From NCBI GenBank assembly GCA_018333715.1, contig JAGXSW010000069.1:1-36571 (forward strand): 36,571 nucleotides of DNA. The letters are read 5' to 3'. A program made the position numbers and the translations under genes. This stretch comes from Syntrophaceae bacterium. GTDB lineage: Bacteria; Desulfobacterota; BSN033; UBA1163. Every line of letters begins with the position of its first letter. The stretch's first letter is position 1. The notes under the pieces are model-generated. The model was not told where the DNA came from, made no database searches, and saw only the letters and a list, made by a program, of their open reading frames with translations. Shown here piece after piece: positions 16,669 to 25,485 of the stretch.

Positions 16669-17700
16669 TTGGCGCAAAAAGATGTCTTAATCATCGGCGG
16701 AGGAATATCGGGAATGACAGTGGCAAAAGAGTTGGCGCAGTCAGGTGTTTCTGCCCTCCTGATTGAAAGAGATCCCTCCTTGGGGGGGCTTGCCGCCTCT
16801 TTCTGTTGTAAGGCTTCTGAATCCTGCAACAAATGTTTTGCCTGCGTGGCGGACAAGAGGGTTTTGGAGATCCGAAATGGGCCCTCCATTTCCATTCTCA
16901 CCCAAACCGAATTGACCGGCCTGAAAGGAGGGCCTGGAGCCTATAACGTCTCCTTGAAAAATGGAAAAGGGAGGATGGATATTGATGTCTCTGCCATCGT
17001 GATTGCGGCGGGAGTCGATCCTTTTGATGCCTCCCTGAAGGCCGAATACGGGTATGGCCGCTATAAAAATGTGATCACCGCCAGGGATCTGGACGAAATG
17101 CTCCGTCTTCGAGGAAAGCTTTTCTGTCCCTCGGACGGGAGACTTCCAAAAACTGTAGCCTTCTTCCAGTGCGTGGGAAGCCGGGATGAGTCCATCGGAA
17201 ACCTTTACTGTTCTCAGGTCTGCTGTGCCTATGCGCTCCGCCTGATCAAGGCGATCCGTTATCAATACCCCGAAACGAAGGCCGCCTTCCTCTATATGGA
17301 CATTCAGCCTGCCGGAGCCTCCTTTGACCAGTTTCTAAACTCCTGCCGGCAGGATAAAGGGATCCGCCTCATCCGGAGCCTTCCCTCAAAGGTCTATCAC
17401 TCTCCCCTCTCCGATGGTTTGAGGGTGAGATTCGTAGATCCTTTAAAGGGCGAGGTGGCGGAAGAGCCTTTCGATCTGATCGTCCTCTCCGTGGGATTGG
17501 TGTTGAGAAAAGATTCGAAATCACTCGCCAGGCTGTTTAATTTGAATTTCAATGAGGAGGGTTTTTTTGCGCCTCCGCCTGCCCAAACCGGCGTCTTCAT
17601 CACTGGGGCTTGCAGTGGACCGAAGGATATTGACCGTTCCATCATTCATGCAAAATCGATCGCCTGCACGGTTCAACAATATCTGAAAGGGAGGAGTTAA
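16669..17700 (+). CDS. hdrA: HdrA-like FAD/Fe-S protein, module 1 of a split tandem HdrA
   Basis: TTG start with SD gggag. LIIGGGISGMTVA, FFQCVGSRDE...CSQVCC, GACSGPKDI. ASFCCKASESCNKCFAC replaces the usual TFPTNDCSMCI motif. Confidence 0.8.
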   Translation: MAQKDVLIIGGGISGMTVAKELAQSGVSALLIERDPSLGGLAASFCCKASESCNKCFACVADKRVLEIRNGPSISILTQTELTGLKGGPGAYNVSLKNGKGRMDIDVSAIVIAAGVDPFDASLKAEYGYGRYKNVITARDLDEMLRLRGKLFCPSDGRLPKTVAFFQCVGSRDESIGNLYCSQVCCAYALRLIKAIRYQYPETKAAFLYMDIQPAGASFDQFLNSCRQDKGIRLIRSLPSKVYHSPLSDGLRVRFVDPLKGEVAEEPFDLIVLSVGLVLRKDSKSLARLFNLNFNEEGFFAPPPAQTGVFITGACSGPKDIDRSIIHAKSIACTVQQYLKGRS

Positions 17701-19416
17701 ATGGCTCGGATCGGTATATTCATCGATGGGATGGGAGGTTCGATCCCTGCCCCCTTTCGGGAAAAGATCGTTTCTGTCATCCGGGGACTCCCGGAGATTG
17801 CTTTCTCTGTTGAGGAAGAGAACCTCGCCTCTCCCGGGGCATTGCAAAGGATGGCTGAACATCTGAAGGCAGAGGAGGTGGATAGGGCGGTCATCCTCGG
17901 AGGAAGCCCCAAACTCTATGAGACTTCATTTAATAAATTTGGATATCCTGTTCTTCTCAATCCCTATCTCCTCACAGTGGCCAATCTGAAGGAACAGACC
18001 CTTCAGGCCGTGGCCAATGAAGAGGAGGCCGTTGAAAAAGCCCGAAAGATGATGATCAAAGCGATTCATCTGGCCTCTTCCTCCGGCCCCATTGAGTCCC
18101 GATCCCTTCCATTGACGCCCCAAACCCTGGTCATCGGAGGAGGAATTACAGGGATCGCCATCGCTCTTGCCCTGGCGCGATCAGGAATCCAGGTCTATCT
18201 CCTGGAGAAGGGGAAACATCTGGGCGGTAAGGCTTTGGAACTTCGCAGGTTTTATAACCGGCCCGAAGAAGTTCAGAAGTGGGTGGAGGAGAAGGTCTCC
18301 GAAATCAGCCGGAATTCCCGTATCACCGTGATCAGTGAAACAGAGCTGAAGCGGCTCGATGGCCATCTGGGCCGCTTCCAGGCAACAGTCCGGAAGGCGA
18401 ACGGAACGGAAGCGGTTCTCTCTCCCTCTGCCATCGTCGTCGCAACAGGATATGAAGTGGAACGAAACCGGAAGGGAATTTATGGCCACAGGAGTTTTAT
18501 CTCCTTTGCTGAAATGGAAACGCTTCTGGCCGAAAACGAGATCCCTTCTCTTCTCAGAAATGGGAAAAGGGTTGAATCGGTCGCCTTCCTTCTCGGTGAA
18601 GTCAATGGGGATGTGAAGATCGATTCGATCAATGCGGTCAAACAGAGCCTTCTCCTTCAGGAGGCATTCCAATGTCAGACAGTCATTCTCTGCAAGGACC
18701 TGAAGGTCTCTTCAGATGGAATGGAGCGGCTCTACCGGAGGGCGAGAGAGCGAGGCGCCCTCTTTATCAAATTTGAGGAGCCTCCGAAGCTCTCCATCGT
18801 CAACGGTCAGATTCAGGTCGATGTAAAGGACACGTCGGCCATTCGCAAGGAGGATGAATGGCCTCTCTCCATTCTTTCGGATCTCATTGTCCTGAGCGAT
18901 GCTCTCATCCCGAACCCTGAGACTGAAAATCTTTGCAGGATTCTCGGCCTCCATCGGGGAAACCGTGGATTTTTCATGGAGGATAATCCCCAGCTCCTCC
19001 GGGTGAGATCGAATCGAAGGGGAATCTTTGTGGCCGGGGGATGCCGGTTCCCGCAGGAAGTTTCGGAAACCCTGAACGAGGCAGGGGCAACGGCGCAGGA
19101 GGTGATCGCCCTTCTTTCAGGCGGGATTTATCCTTACGATCTTTCCGTCGCAGAGGTCGATCCCGAGAAATGCGCAGTCTGTCTCACCTGTCCCAGGCTC
19201 TGTCCTCATTCCGCGATCACTGTGGAGAAGTATGCGGAGAAGAATATCTATATCACTCCGGGAATCGGAGAAGGGGTGAAGTGGGGAGCCGCCAGAGTTG
19301 ACCCCGTTGCCTGTTATGGATGCGGAATCTGTGTCGGCGAATGCCCTGCAAAAGCGATCACGCTTCGCCATCAGCCCGATGAATTGATCTATGCCCAGAT
19401 GAACCTTAGTGATTGA
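17701..19416 (+). CDS. hdrA: HdrA-like FAD/Fe-S protein, module 2 of a split tandem HdrA
   Basis: ATG directly follows TAA (17698-17703). ARIGIFIDGMGGSI aligns with PRIGVFVCHCGINI of the fused paralogs. VIGGGITGIAIA. C-terminal CAVCLTCPRLCP / CYGCGICVGECP. Confidence 0.8.
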   Translation: MARIGIFIDGMGGSIPAPFREKIVSVIRGLPEIAFSVEEENLASPGALQRMAEHLKAEEVDRAVILGGSPKLYETSFNKFGYPVLLNPYLLTVANLKEQTLQAVANEEEAVEKARKMMIKAIHLASSSGPIESRSLPLTPQTLVIGGGITGIAIALALARSGIQVYLLEKGKHLGGKALELRRFYNRPEEVQKWVEEKVSEISRNSRITVISETELKRLDGHLGRFQATVRKANGTEAVLSPSAIVVATGYEVERNRKGIYGHRSFISFAEMETLLAENEIPSLLRNGKRVESVAFLLGEVNGDVKIDSINAVKQSLLLQEAFQCQTVILCKDLKVSSDGMERLYRRARERGALFIKFEEPPKLSIVNGQIQVDVKDTSAIRKEDEWPLSILSDLIVLSDALIPNPETENLCRILGLHRGNRGFFMEDNPQLLRVRSNRRGIFVAGGCRFPQEVSETLNEAGATAQEVIALLSGGIYPYDLSVAEVDPEKCAVCLTCPRLCPHSAITVEKYAEKNIYITPGIGEGVKWGAARVDPVACYGCGICVGECPAKAITLRHQPDELIYAQMNLSD

Positions 19417-19418
19417 TA

Positions 19419-19448
19419 GGGAGATGGGGAGATGGGGAGATGGGGAGA
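19419..19448. repeat. tandem 8-nt repeat GGGGAGAT (about 3.75 units)
   Basis: Direct reading, 2 nt after the hdrA stop. A complementary atctcccc lies at 19592-19599. Confidence 0.85.
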
Positions 19449-19588
19449 AAATTAATAACCAAACACCAAATTCCAATCACCAAATAAGCACCAATGTCCA
19501 AAATCCAAAATTTCAAACAAAACCATTTAGATCATTGGTAATTGGAATTTATTAACAGTATCATAATTGAATTGACATAAACATTGGA

Positions 19589-19662
19589 AAATCTCCCCTA
19601 CCCCTCTTTGCCAAAGAGGGGTAATTCCTCCCTTAGAAAAAGGGAGGTCAGGAGGGATTTTA
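19589..19662. repeat. purine/pyrimidine-tract multi-hairpin unit (short member of the aaaatccctcccc family)
   Basis: Outer pairing aaaatctcccct / aggagggatttt. Inner hairpins cccctcttt-gcc-aaagagggg and cctccctt-agaaa-aagggagg. Confidence 0.75.
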
Positions 19663-19687
19663 CAAATTAGATGAGTGGAGAGTTTAC

Positions 19688-20098
19688 ATGGTAAACTTTG
19701 AGCCTAAGATTGTGGCTTTTTGTTGTGACCAGTCCGGATATCCTGCCGCAGATATGGCGGGAGGTCTGGAACTCAACTTTCCCGGTAACGTTGAGTTCGT
19801 CCGGGTTCCTTGTGCGGGTCGAATCGAAACCCTCTATCTCCTGAAAGCGCTGGAAAGAGGAGCGGACGGGGTTCTGATCTTCGCCTGTTACGAAGAGAAC
19901 TGCCAATTCCTCAGGGGGAATCTCCGGGCAAAAAGCCGTCTCTCCTATGCCCATCGACTCCTGGAGAAAATCGGACTGGAGAAAGAACGAATCGAAATCT
20001 GCCATCTCGCCACCAATTGCGGCCCTAAGTTGGCGGAGACCCTTCACCGAAAATCGGAACAGTTGAAAAAACTGGGACCCAACCCGGCCAAAATATAA
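19688..20098 (+). CDS. mvhD: MvhD-like [2Fe-2S] electron-transfer subunit
   Basis: FEPKIVAFCCDQSGYPAADMAG...VRVPCAGRIE...GADGVLIFACYEENCQFLRGN. 136 aa. Confidence 0.9.
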   Translation: MVNFEPKIVAFCCDQSGYPAADMAGGLELNFPGNVEFVRVPCAGRIETLYLLKALERGADGVLIFACYEENCQFLRGNLRAKSRLSYAHRLLEKIGLEKERIEICHLATNCGPKLAETLHRKSEQLKKLGPNPAKI

Positions 20099-20102
20099 GT
20101 TC

Positions 20103-20236
20103 GGGAATAATGGAATGGTGGAAAGTTGGAATATTGGGAATACAAACAAATACAAAATATGAACGAAAGTCGCCTAAAGGAAGCGAAGCTTTCTTTACCC
20201 ATGATTCCAGTATTCCAATATTCCATTCTTCCATGT
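20103..20236. repeat. GGAAT/ATTCC word hairpin with a central small hairpin
   Basis: Left arm ggaat-type words at 20104, 20112, 20119, 20127 and 20136. Right arm attcc words within 20198-20236. Centre hairpin gaaag-tcgc...gcga-ag-ctttc. Confidence 0.7.
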
Positions 20237-20254
20237 TCTTTTTAGGAGGCATTC

Positions 20255-20926
20255 ATGATCAAGGCTGAACAGAAACCGTTGGAAGAGATTTTACTTTATC
20301 TTAAATCTTATGACAGAATCCTCTTGTCGGGGTGTGGGGCATGCGTCACCGTCTGCCAGGCCGGAGGCGAAAAGGAAGTGGGGCTTCTCGCTTCCGCTCT
20401 TCGGATGGCGAGAATGAAGATGGGAACCCCCCTCGAAGCGCTGGAAGCGACCCCTGCGCGTCAGTGTGAACCCGAATTTGCCGCCGAGCTATCGGAGACC
20501 GTTGAAAAGGTCGAAGCGGTCCTCTCCGTGGCCTGTGGAGTGGGTGTTCAGACGCTGGCGCGCCATTTCCCAAAGACTCCGGTCTTTCCGGGTGTCAATA
20601 CAACCTTTCTGGGTGAAACAGTGACCCACGGAGTCTGGGAAGAACGGTGCCAGGCCTGTGGAAATTGCATTCTCGAGAGGACAGGGGGCGTCTGCCCGGT
20701 CGCCCGTTGCGCCAAACAACTCTTCAACGGACCCTGCGGCGGCTCCTCGAAAGGGAAGTGCGAAATCAAAAGAGAAGCGGATTGCGCCTGGCAACTCATC
20801 TATGACCGGCTCAATGGACTGGGACAACTTTACAGGATGGAAGAAATCATCCCGGCCAGGCGATGGGGTGTCGAATCGAGAGACAGTGGATTAAGAAGGA
20901 TCGTGAGGGAGGATCTCAAAGTATGA
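20255..20926 (+). CDS. metV: MetV (methylene-THF reductase-associated Cys-rich subunit)
   Basis: LLSGCGACVTVCQAGG, CQACGNCILERTGGVCPVARCAKQLFNGPCGG. 223 aa, immediately upstream of metF. Confidence 0.85.
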   Translation: MIKAEQKPLEEILLYLKSYDRILLSGCGACVTVCQAGGEKEVGLLASALRMARMKMGTPLEALEATPARQCEPEFAAELSETVEKVEAVLSVACGVGVQTLARHFPKTPVFPGVNTTFLGETVTHGVWEERCQACGNCILERTGGVCPVARCAKQLFNGPCGGSSKGKCEIKREADCAWQLIYDRLNGLGQLYRMEEIIPARRWGVESRDSGLRRIVREDLKV

Positions 20927-21846
20927 AAGCTGGAAGCAATCTCGAAAATGTTTTATCAAAAGGCCTCTTTGCGGTGACAGGCGAACTGGGTCCTCCAAAG
21001 GGAAACGAAGTAAGCGTCATCAAACGGAAGGCGGACCTCCTGAGGGGTTATGTCGATGCGGTCAATGTCACCGACAATCAGACGGCGATTGTCCGGATGT
21101 CGAGCATTGCCGCCTCAAGCCTCCTTCTCCAGATGGGGATCGAGCCTGTGATGCAGATGACGACCCGTGACCGGAATCGCATCGCCATCCAGAGCGACCT
21201 CTTTGGGGCAACCGCCTTTGGCATCAAGAACATGCTCTGCCTCACCGGAGACCATCACACCTTTGGAAATCAGGTCGATTCAAAGAATGTTCACGATCTC
21301 GACTCCATCCAGTTGATCGACTGTGTTCGAACGATGAGAGATCAAGGAACATTGCTCGGCGGGGAGGAGAAGATAGAGGGGGAGATTAAACTCTTCATCG
21401 GCGCAGCGGAGAATCCTTTTGGCGATCCATTCGAGTTCCGGGCCATCCGTTTGGCCAAGAAGGTAGCCGCAGGGGTTGACTTCATCCAGACTCAGTGTAT
21501 ATATGATATGAACCGTTTCAAGGAGTGGATGAAGATGGTGAGGAATCTCGGTCTTCACGAAAAGGTCCATATCCTGGCCGGTGTGACTCCCCTTAAATCT
21601 GGAGGTATGGCTCGATATATGGCCAAGAATGTTTCGGGAATTATCATCCCGGATGAGATCATTGACCGGATTGTGAAAGCGAAGAAACCGGCTGAAGAAG
21701 GGATCAAGCTCTGTGTCGAGCAGATCCAGGAATTGAGAGAGATAGGAGGAGTTCACGGGGTCCACATCATGGCCATCGAATGGGAGCAGATGACGAGTCA
21801 GATCACGGAGATGGCTGGATTGTTACCCCGTCCCAAGGTAGCTTGA
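20923..21846 (+). CDS. metF: 5,10-methylene-THF reductase
   Basis: ATGA overlap with the metV stop. VTGELGPPKG, DAVNVTDN, LTGDHHTFGN. The ORF-track start 20863 lies inside metV. Confidence 0.9.
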   Translation: MKAGSNLENVLSKGLFAVTGELGPPKGNEVSVIKRKADLLRGYVDAVNVTDNQTAIVRMSSIAASSLLLQMGIEPVMQMTTRDRNRIAIQSDLFGATAFGIKNMLCLTGDHHTFGNQVDSKNVHDLDSIQLIDCVRTMRDQGTLLGGEEKIEGEIKLFIGAAENPFGDPFEFRAIRLAKKVAAGVDFIQTQCIYDMNRFKEWMKMVRNLGLHEKVHILAGVTPLKSGGMARYMAKNVSGIIIPDEIIDRIVKAKKPAEEGIKLCVEQIQELREIGGVHGVHIMAIEWEQMTSQITEMAGLLPRPKVA

Positions 21847-21902
21847 CGAAGAAATTTATAAAATATCAATGCAAATTGGAAAATTGGCATTGCAAAGTTG
21901 AC

Positions 21903-22028
21903 GGTCTCGTAAAATGTCCCGATCTGTCACCCTGAACTCGTTTCAGGGTCTCGTAAGTTCTTGATTTTATTAGATGCTGAAACAAGTTCAGCATGACATT
22001 TTTCCTGTTTCTTGACTTTTTACGAGAC
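21903..22028. mobile_element. MITE-like element with 12-bp terminal inverted repeats ggtctcgtaaaa/ttttacgagacc
   Basis: TIRs at 21903-21914 and 22017-22028. Internal hairpins accctgaa-ctcg-tttcagggt and atgctgaa-acaa-gttcagcat. No coding capacity. Confidence 0.6.
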
Positions 22029-22096
22029 CATCAAAGTTAGCATTGTGTTAAATCACTGCTAATTGATCAATTTGAAATGATCTTTGGAGGAAGCCC

Positions 22097-22969
22097 ATGA
22101 CATTCAAAGAACGTTTGGAATCGGGAAAGTTTGTTGTCGTCGCTGAACTCCAGCCCCCAAAAGGAATCGATCTCTCCGAGGTCCATGAACATGCGGAACG
22201 ATGGAGGGGCCGCGTGGACGCGGTCAATATTCCGGATCTTCAGAATGCCATCATGAGGCTGGGCTCCCTCTCGGTATGCGCCCTCCTGAAGGGAAAGGGG
22301 ATCGAGGTCATCTATAACCTCTCCTGCAGCAACCGAAACCGATTGGCCCTTCAATCCGAACTTCTCAATGTCTCTGCCCTTGGCCTGAAGAATCTCCTCC
22401 TGCTCCAGGGTGACCACCCCTCCATTGGAGATCATTTTGAAGCCCAGCCTGTCCTTGATCTCGATGTGATCGGCTTGCTCGGCGCCGCCAAACGCCTCCA
22501 GGAAGGCTATGATCTCATGGGCAACGATCTCAAAGGGAAACCCGTATTCTTTGTCGGTACCCAGGTCAATGCGGCAGCCAAAGGCCATATCCTTGACCTC
22601 GAGGTGATGGATATGGAAAAGAAGATCCGTCAGGGGGTCGATTTTTTCTTCACCGGTTCCATCTATGAACCAGGTCTTCTGGAGACCTTCGTCAAGAAGG
22701 TCGCCCATTTTAAGGTCCCCATTATCGTGTCCATCACCCTGCTCAAATCAGTCGGGATGGCCCGTTATATCAATAAGCATGTGGAAGGGGCGTCCATTCC
22801 CGACTCCGTCATCGATCTCTTGCTCAAGGCTTCGGACAAACAGAAAACGTGCATCGAAATTGCCGGAGATTTCATCAGGGCCGCGAAACCGCTCTGCCAG
22901 GGCGTTCAGATCATTCCCCTTGGATGGGAAAATCTGGTCCCTGCCCTTCTCGACCAGGTCGGGTTATAA
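22097..22969 (+). CDS. metF: second MetF-family methylene-THF reductase paralog
   Basis: VVAELQPPKG, DAVNIPDL, LQGDHPSIGD. 290 aa. SD ggagg. Confidence 0.8.
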   Translation: MTFKERLESGKFVVVAELQPPKGIDLSEVHEHAERWRGRVDAVNIPDLQNAIMRLGSLSVCALLKGKGIEVIYNLSCSNRNRLALQSELLNVSALGLKNLLLLQGDHPSIGDHFEAQPVLDLDVIGLLGAAKRLQEGYDLMGNDLKGKPVFFVGTQVNAAAKGHILDLEVMDMEKKIRQGVDFFFTGSIYEPGLLETFVKKVAHFKVPIIVSITLLKSVGMARYINKHVEGASIPDSVIDLLLKASDKQKTCIEIAGDFIRAAKPLCQGVQIIPLGWENLVPALLDQVGL

Positions 22970-22977
22970 AAAAAGAA

Positions 22978-24927
22978 ATGATGGCCAGGAAACTCTCTCC
23001 ATCGCAGAAAAAAAGAAAGCCGACTGAACGGCTCACCCTTGTCAACAAGAGGATCGAGTCCGGAATGTTCCATGCCATCGCCGAGCTGGGGAATGACGGG
23101 ATATTGGTATTCGAAGAAAACCATCGGATCGAATACGCTAATCGGGTGGCCTCTGAGATCACCGGATATTCGAATGAAGAGTTGCTGAAGATGACCGTGC
23201 TCTCACTTCTCGACACACCCGATCAATCATTTGTGGAGAATATCTTCATCCATCCCGAACGATATGGGGAAAAAACCTGCACCGAAGCCCATTTGATCAC
23301 CTCCGCCGGAGGGGTCAAGGAGGCTGAGGTCTGCATTGCCCTGACCGAAACATCACATGGGGTTCGTAAAGGCTACGCTTATCTCAAGGACATCACGGAC
23401 CGGAAAAATTTTGAAAGGGACTTAAAGGACTCCGAGGAAAAGCTCCGGAGGCTCTTCGAAAGGGTAAGGCATGGCCTCTTCATCAGTTCGAAGGAGGGCA
23501 GGTTTCTGGATTGCAACCAGGCCCTCCTTGACATGCTCGGTTATTCCGATAAAGAAGAGTTTCTCAAGATCGATATTGTAGGGGATCTCTATGTGAACCC
23601 TGAAGACCGAAAACTTTTCAGGGAGAGGACCGAGAGGGACGGCTATGTCAAAGATTTGGAAGTGGAATTCAAGAAGAAGAATGGGGGAAAAATTACGGTC
23701 CTGTTAACCGGCCATCCCATCAAAAATGAAGACGGAGAAATTATCGGTTACGAAGGAATTAACCTGGATATCACCGAGCGGAAACGGATTGAAGACGAGC
23801 TCCGTGAGGCCAATGAATTCTTCATGAATCTGATTGAGAGTTCCGTTGATAGCATTATCGCCGCGGATATGAAGGGCAATATTTTCATCTTCAATAAAGG
23901 AGCGGAGGCGCTGACAGGATACACGGCAGAAGAGGTCATTGGGAAACTTCACATTACAAAGATTTATCCGGAGGGCGTGGCCAAAGAGGTTATGAAGAAA
24001 CTCCGAAGCCCGCAATATGGCGGGGTCGGGAAATTTATACCCACTCAGCTTAATGTCGTCAATAAGTTTGGAGAAGAAATGTCAGTCCAGCTTTCCGCCG
24101 CCCTCATTTACAACGGAGCGGGCCAGGAGATTGCCAGTGTCGGCATCTTTACGGACCTGAGGCCCCGCCTGTTGATGGAGAAGAAACTTCAGGAGACACA
24201 CCTCCAGCTCGTTAGCTCCGAGAAGATGGCCTCTCTCGGAAAGCTGGCCGCAGGCATCGCCCACGAGATCAACAATCCTCTGGGCGGCATTCTCATCTAT
24301 TCCAGCCTGATGATGGAAGACCTCCCGGAGGAAGACCCCAAACGGGGGGACCTCGCCCGAATTGTCCAGGAGGCGGGGCGATGTAAGGAGATTGTGAAAA
24401 GCCTGCTCGAATTTGCCCGTCAGACCGAACCGAAGAAGGATCCCACGGATATCAACCGGGCCATCAACGACGGACTCTTCTTCTTGGTCAACCAGGCCCT
24501 CTTTCATAATATCCGGATCGTCAAGAGCCTTGACCCCTTCTTGCCCTTTGTGCGAGGAAATTCAGGCCAACTGAAACAGGTCTTTATGAACATCATCGTC
24601 AATGCGGCAGAGGCCATGCATGGCAATGGGACCTTAAACATCGCCACATCGCCCTCTCCGGATAGGAAAACCGTGTGGATTGAATTTGCGGACACGGGTG
24701 AAGGCATCCCCGAGGAGAATCTCTCCCGCATCTTCGACCCCTTTTTTACCACAAAGGACGTGGGCAAAGGGACCGGGTTGGGTTTAGCGACTTCATATGG
24801 AATTGTTCAAGACCATGGAGGAACCATCAATGTCAGGAGTAAAGTCGGTTTAGGGACGTCTTTTATCATCGAACTTCCCGTCCAATCCCAAACGCAACCC
24901 ATTCTGGAGGGACAATCCCTTCAATGA
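22978..24927 (+). CDS. cytoplasmic multi-PAS sensor histidine kinase
   Basis: Three PAS-like segments. H-box [12 protein letters not shown]-box [11 protein letters not shown]1 DTGEGI, G2 GTGLGL. No obvious TM segment. ATG lies 8 nt after the metF2 stop. Confidence 0.9.
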   Translation: MMARKLSPSQKKRKPTERLTLVNKRIESGMFHAIAELGNDGILVFEENHRIEYANRVASEITGYSNEELLKMTVLSLLDTPDQSFVENIFIHPERYGEKTCTEAHLITSAGGVKEAEVCIALTETSHGVRKGYAYLKDITDRKNFERDLKDSEEKLRRLFERVRHGLFISSKEGRFLDCNQALLDMLGYSDKEEFLKIDIVGDLYVNPEDRKLFRERTERDGYVKDLEVEFKKKNGGKITVLLTGHPIKNEDGEIIGYEGINLDITERKRIEDELREANEFFMNLIESSVDSIIAADMKGNIFIFNKGAEALTGYTAEEVIGKLHITKIYPEGVAKEVMKKLRSPQYGGVGKFIPTQLNVVNKFGEEMSVQLSAALIYNGAGQEIASVGIFTDLRPRLLMEKKLQETHLQLVSSEKMASLGKLAAGIAHEINNPLGGILIYSSLMMEDLPEEDPKRGDLARIVQEAGRCKEIVKSLLEFARQTEPKKDPTDINRAINDGLFFLVNQALFHNIRIVKSLDPFLPFVRGNSGQLKQVFMNIIVNAAEAMHGNGTLNIATSPSPDRKTVWIEFADTGEGIPEENLSRIFDPFFTTKDVGKGTGLGLATSYGIVQDHGGTINVRSKVGLGTSFIIELPVQSQTQPILEGQSLQ

Positions 24928-24940
24928 GGCGAGGTCGATA

Positions 24941-25480
24941 ATGAATTCAAATTCTCTTCTCTCGGAAGTGGCTCAGGTCAGCGGCGAAAAAGTGCAGGCT
25001 TGCTATCAGTGTCAAAAATGTTCGGCAGGCTGTCCGGTCGCCTATGCCATGGACATCCTTCCCAATCAGGTGCTTCGTCACATTCAATATGACCACAGGG
25101 AAAAAGTCCTCGGCTCAAAAACGATCTGGATCTGCGCATCCTGTTATGCCTGCAGCGTTCGTTGTCCCAATAATATCGATATTGCCCGGATCATGGATAC
25201 CCTGAGGGAGATTGCCAATCGATCGGGGATCAAACCGGGGGAAAAGGATGTCCCGGTCTTTCATTCCGTCTTCCTCGATACCATCAAATCGAAAGGCCGG
25301 ATCCACGAGCTGAGCCTTATCCTCCAGTTTAAAATAAAAACGAGAGACTTCTTCAAGGATGCTTCCCTGGGATTGAAGATGTACCGTAAAGGGAAGATCA
25401 AACTCTTTCCGTCCAAGTTCGGAGGGGGAAAAGAGATCAAGGAGATCTTCAACTCATTTGAGAAAAGGGAAGTGAAGTGA
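24941..25480 (+). CDS. hdrC: heterodisulfide reductase subunit C-like (2x[4Fe-4S])
   Basis: CYQCQKCSAGCPV and CASCYACSVRCPNNID. 179 aa. Confidence 0.85.
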   Translation: MNSNSLLSEVAQVSGEKVQACYQCQKCSAGCPVAYAMDILPNQVLRHIQYDHREKVLGSKTIWICASCYACSVRCPNNIDIARIMDTLREIANRSGIKPGEKDVPVFHSVFLDTIKSKGRIHELSLILQFKIKTRDFFKDASLGLKMYRKGKIKLFPSKFGGGKEIKEIFNSFEKREVK

Positions 25481-25485
25481 TGAAT

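Noticed and set aside
20103-20142. Five GGA motifs as a CsrA/RsmA-type sponge
   Set aside because: The motifs would be sequestered by the complementary ATTCC arm at 20198-20236, and they are not in the hairpin-loop context typical of Csr sRNAs.
20863-20922. ORF-track N-terminal extension of metF
   Set aside because: It overlaps the metV 3' end. The ATGA junction at 20923 and the alignment with metF2 (MKAGSN.. versus MTFKER..) favour the later start.
22067-22708. 213-aa minus-strand ORF
   Set aside because: It is antisense to metF2, which has clear MetF motifs on the + strand.
22849-22977. ORF-track N-terminal extension of the histidine kinase
   Set aside because: It lies inside metF2 in another frame. 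ATG 22978 directly after the metF2 stop gives a sensible N-terminus.
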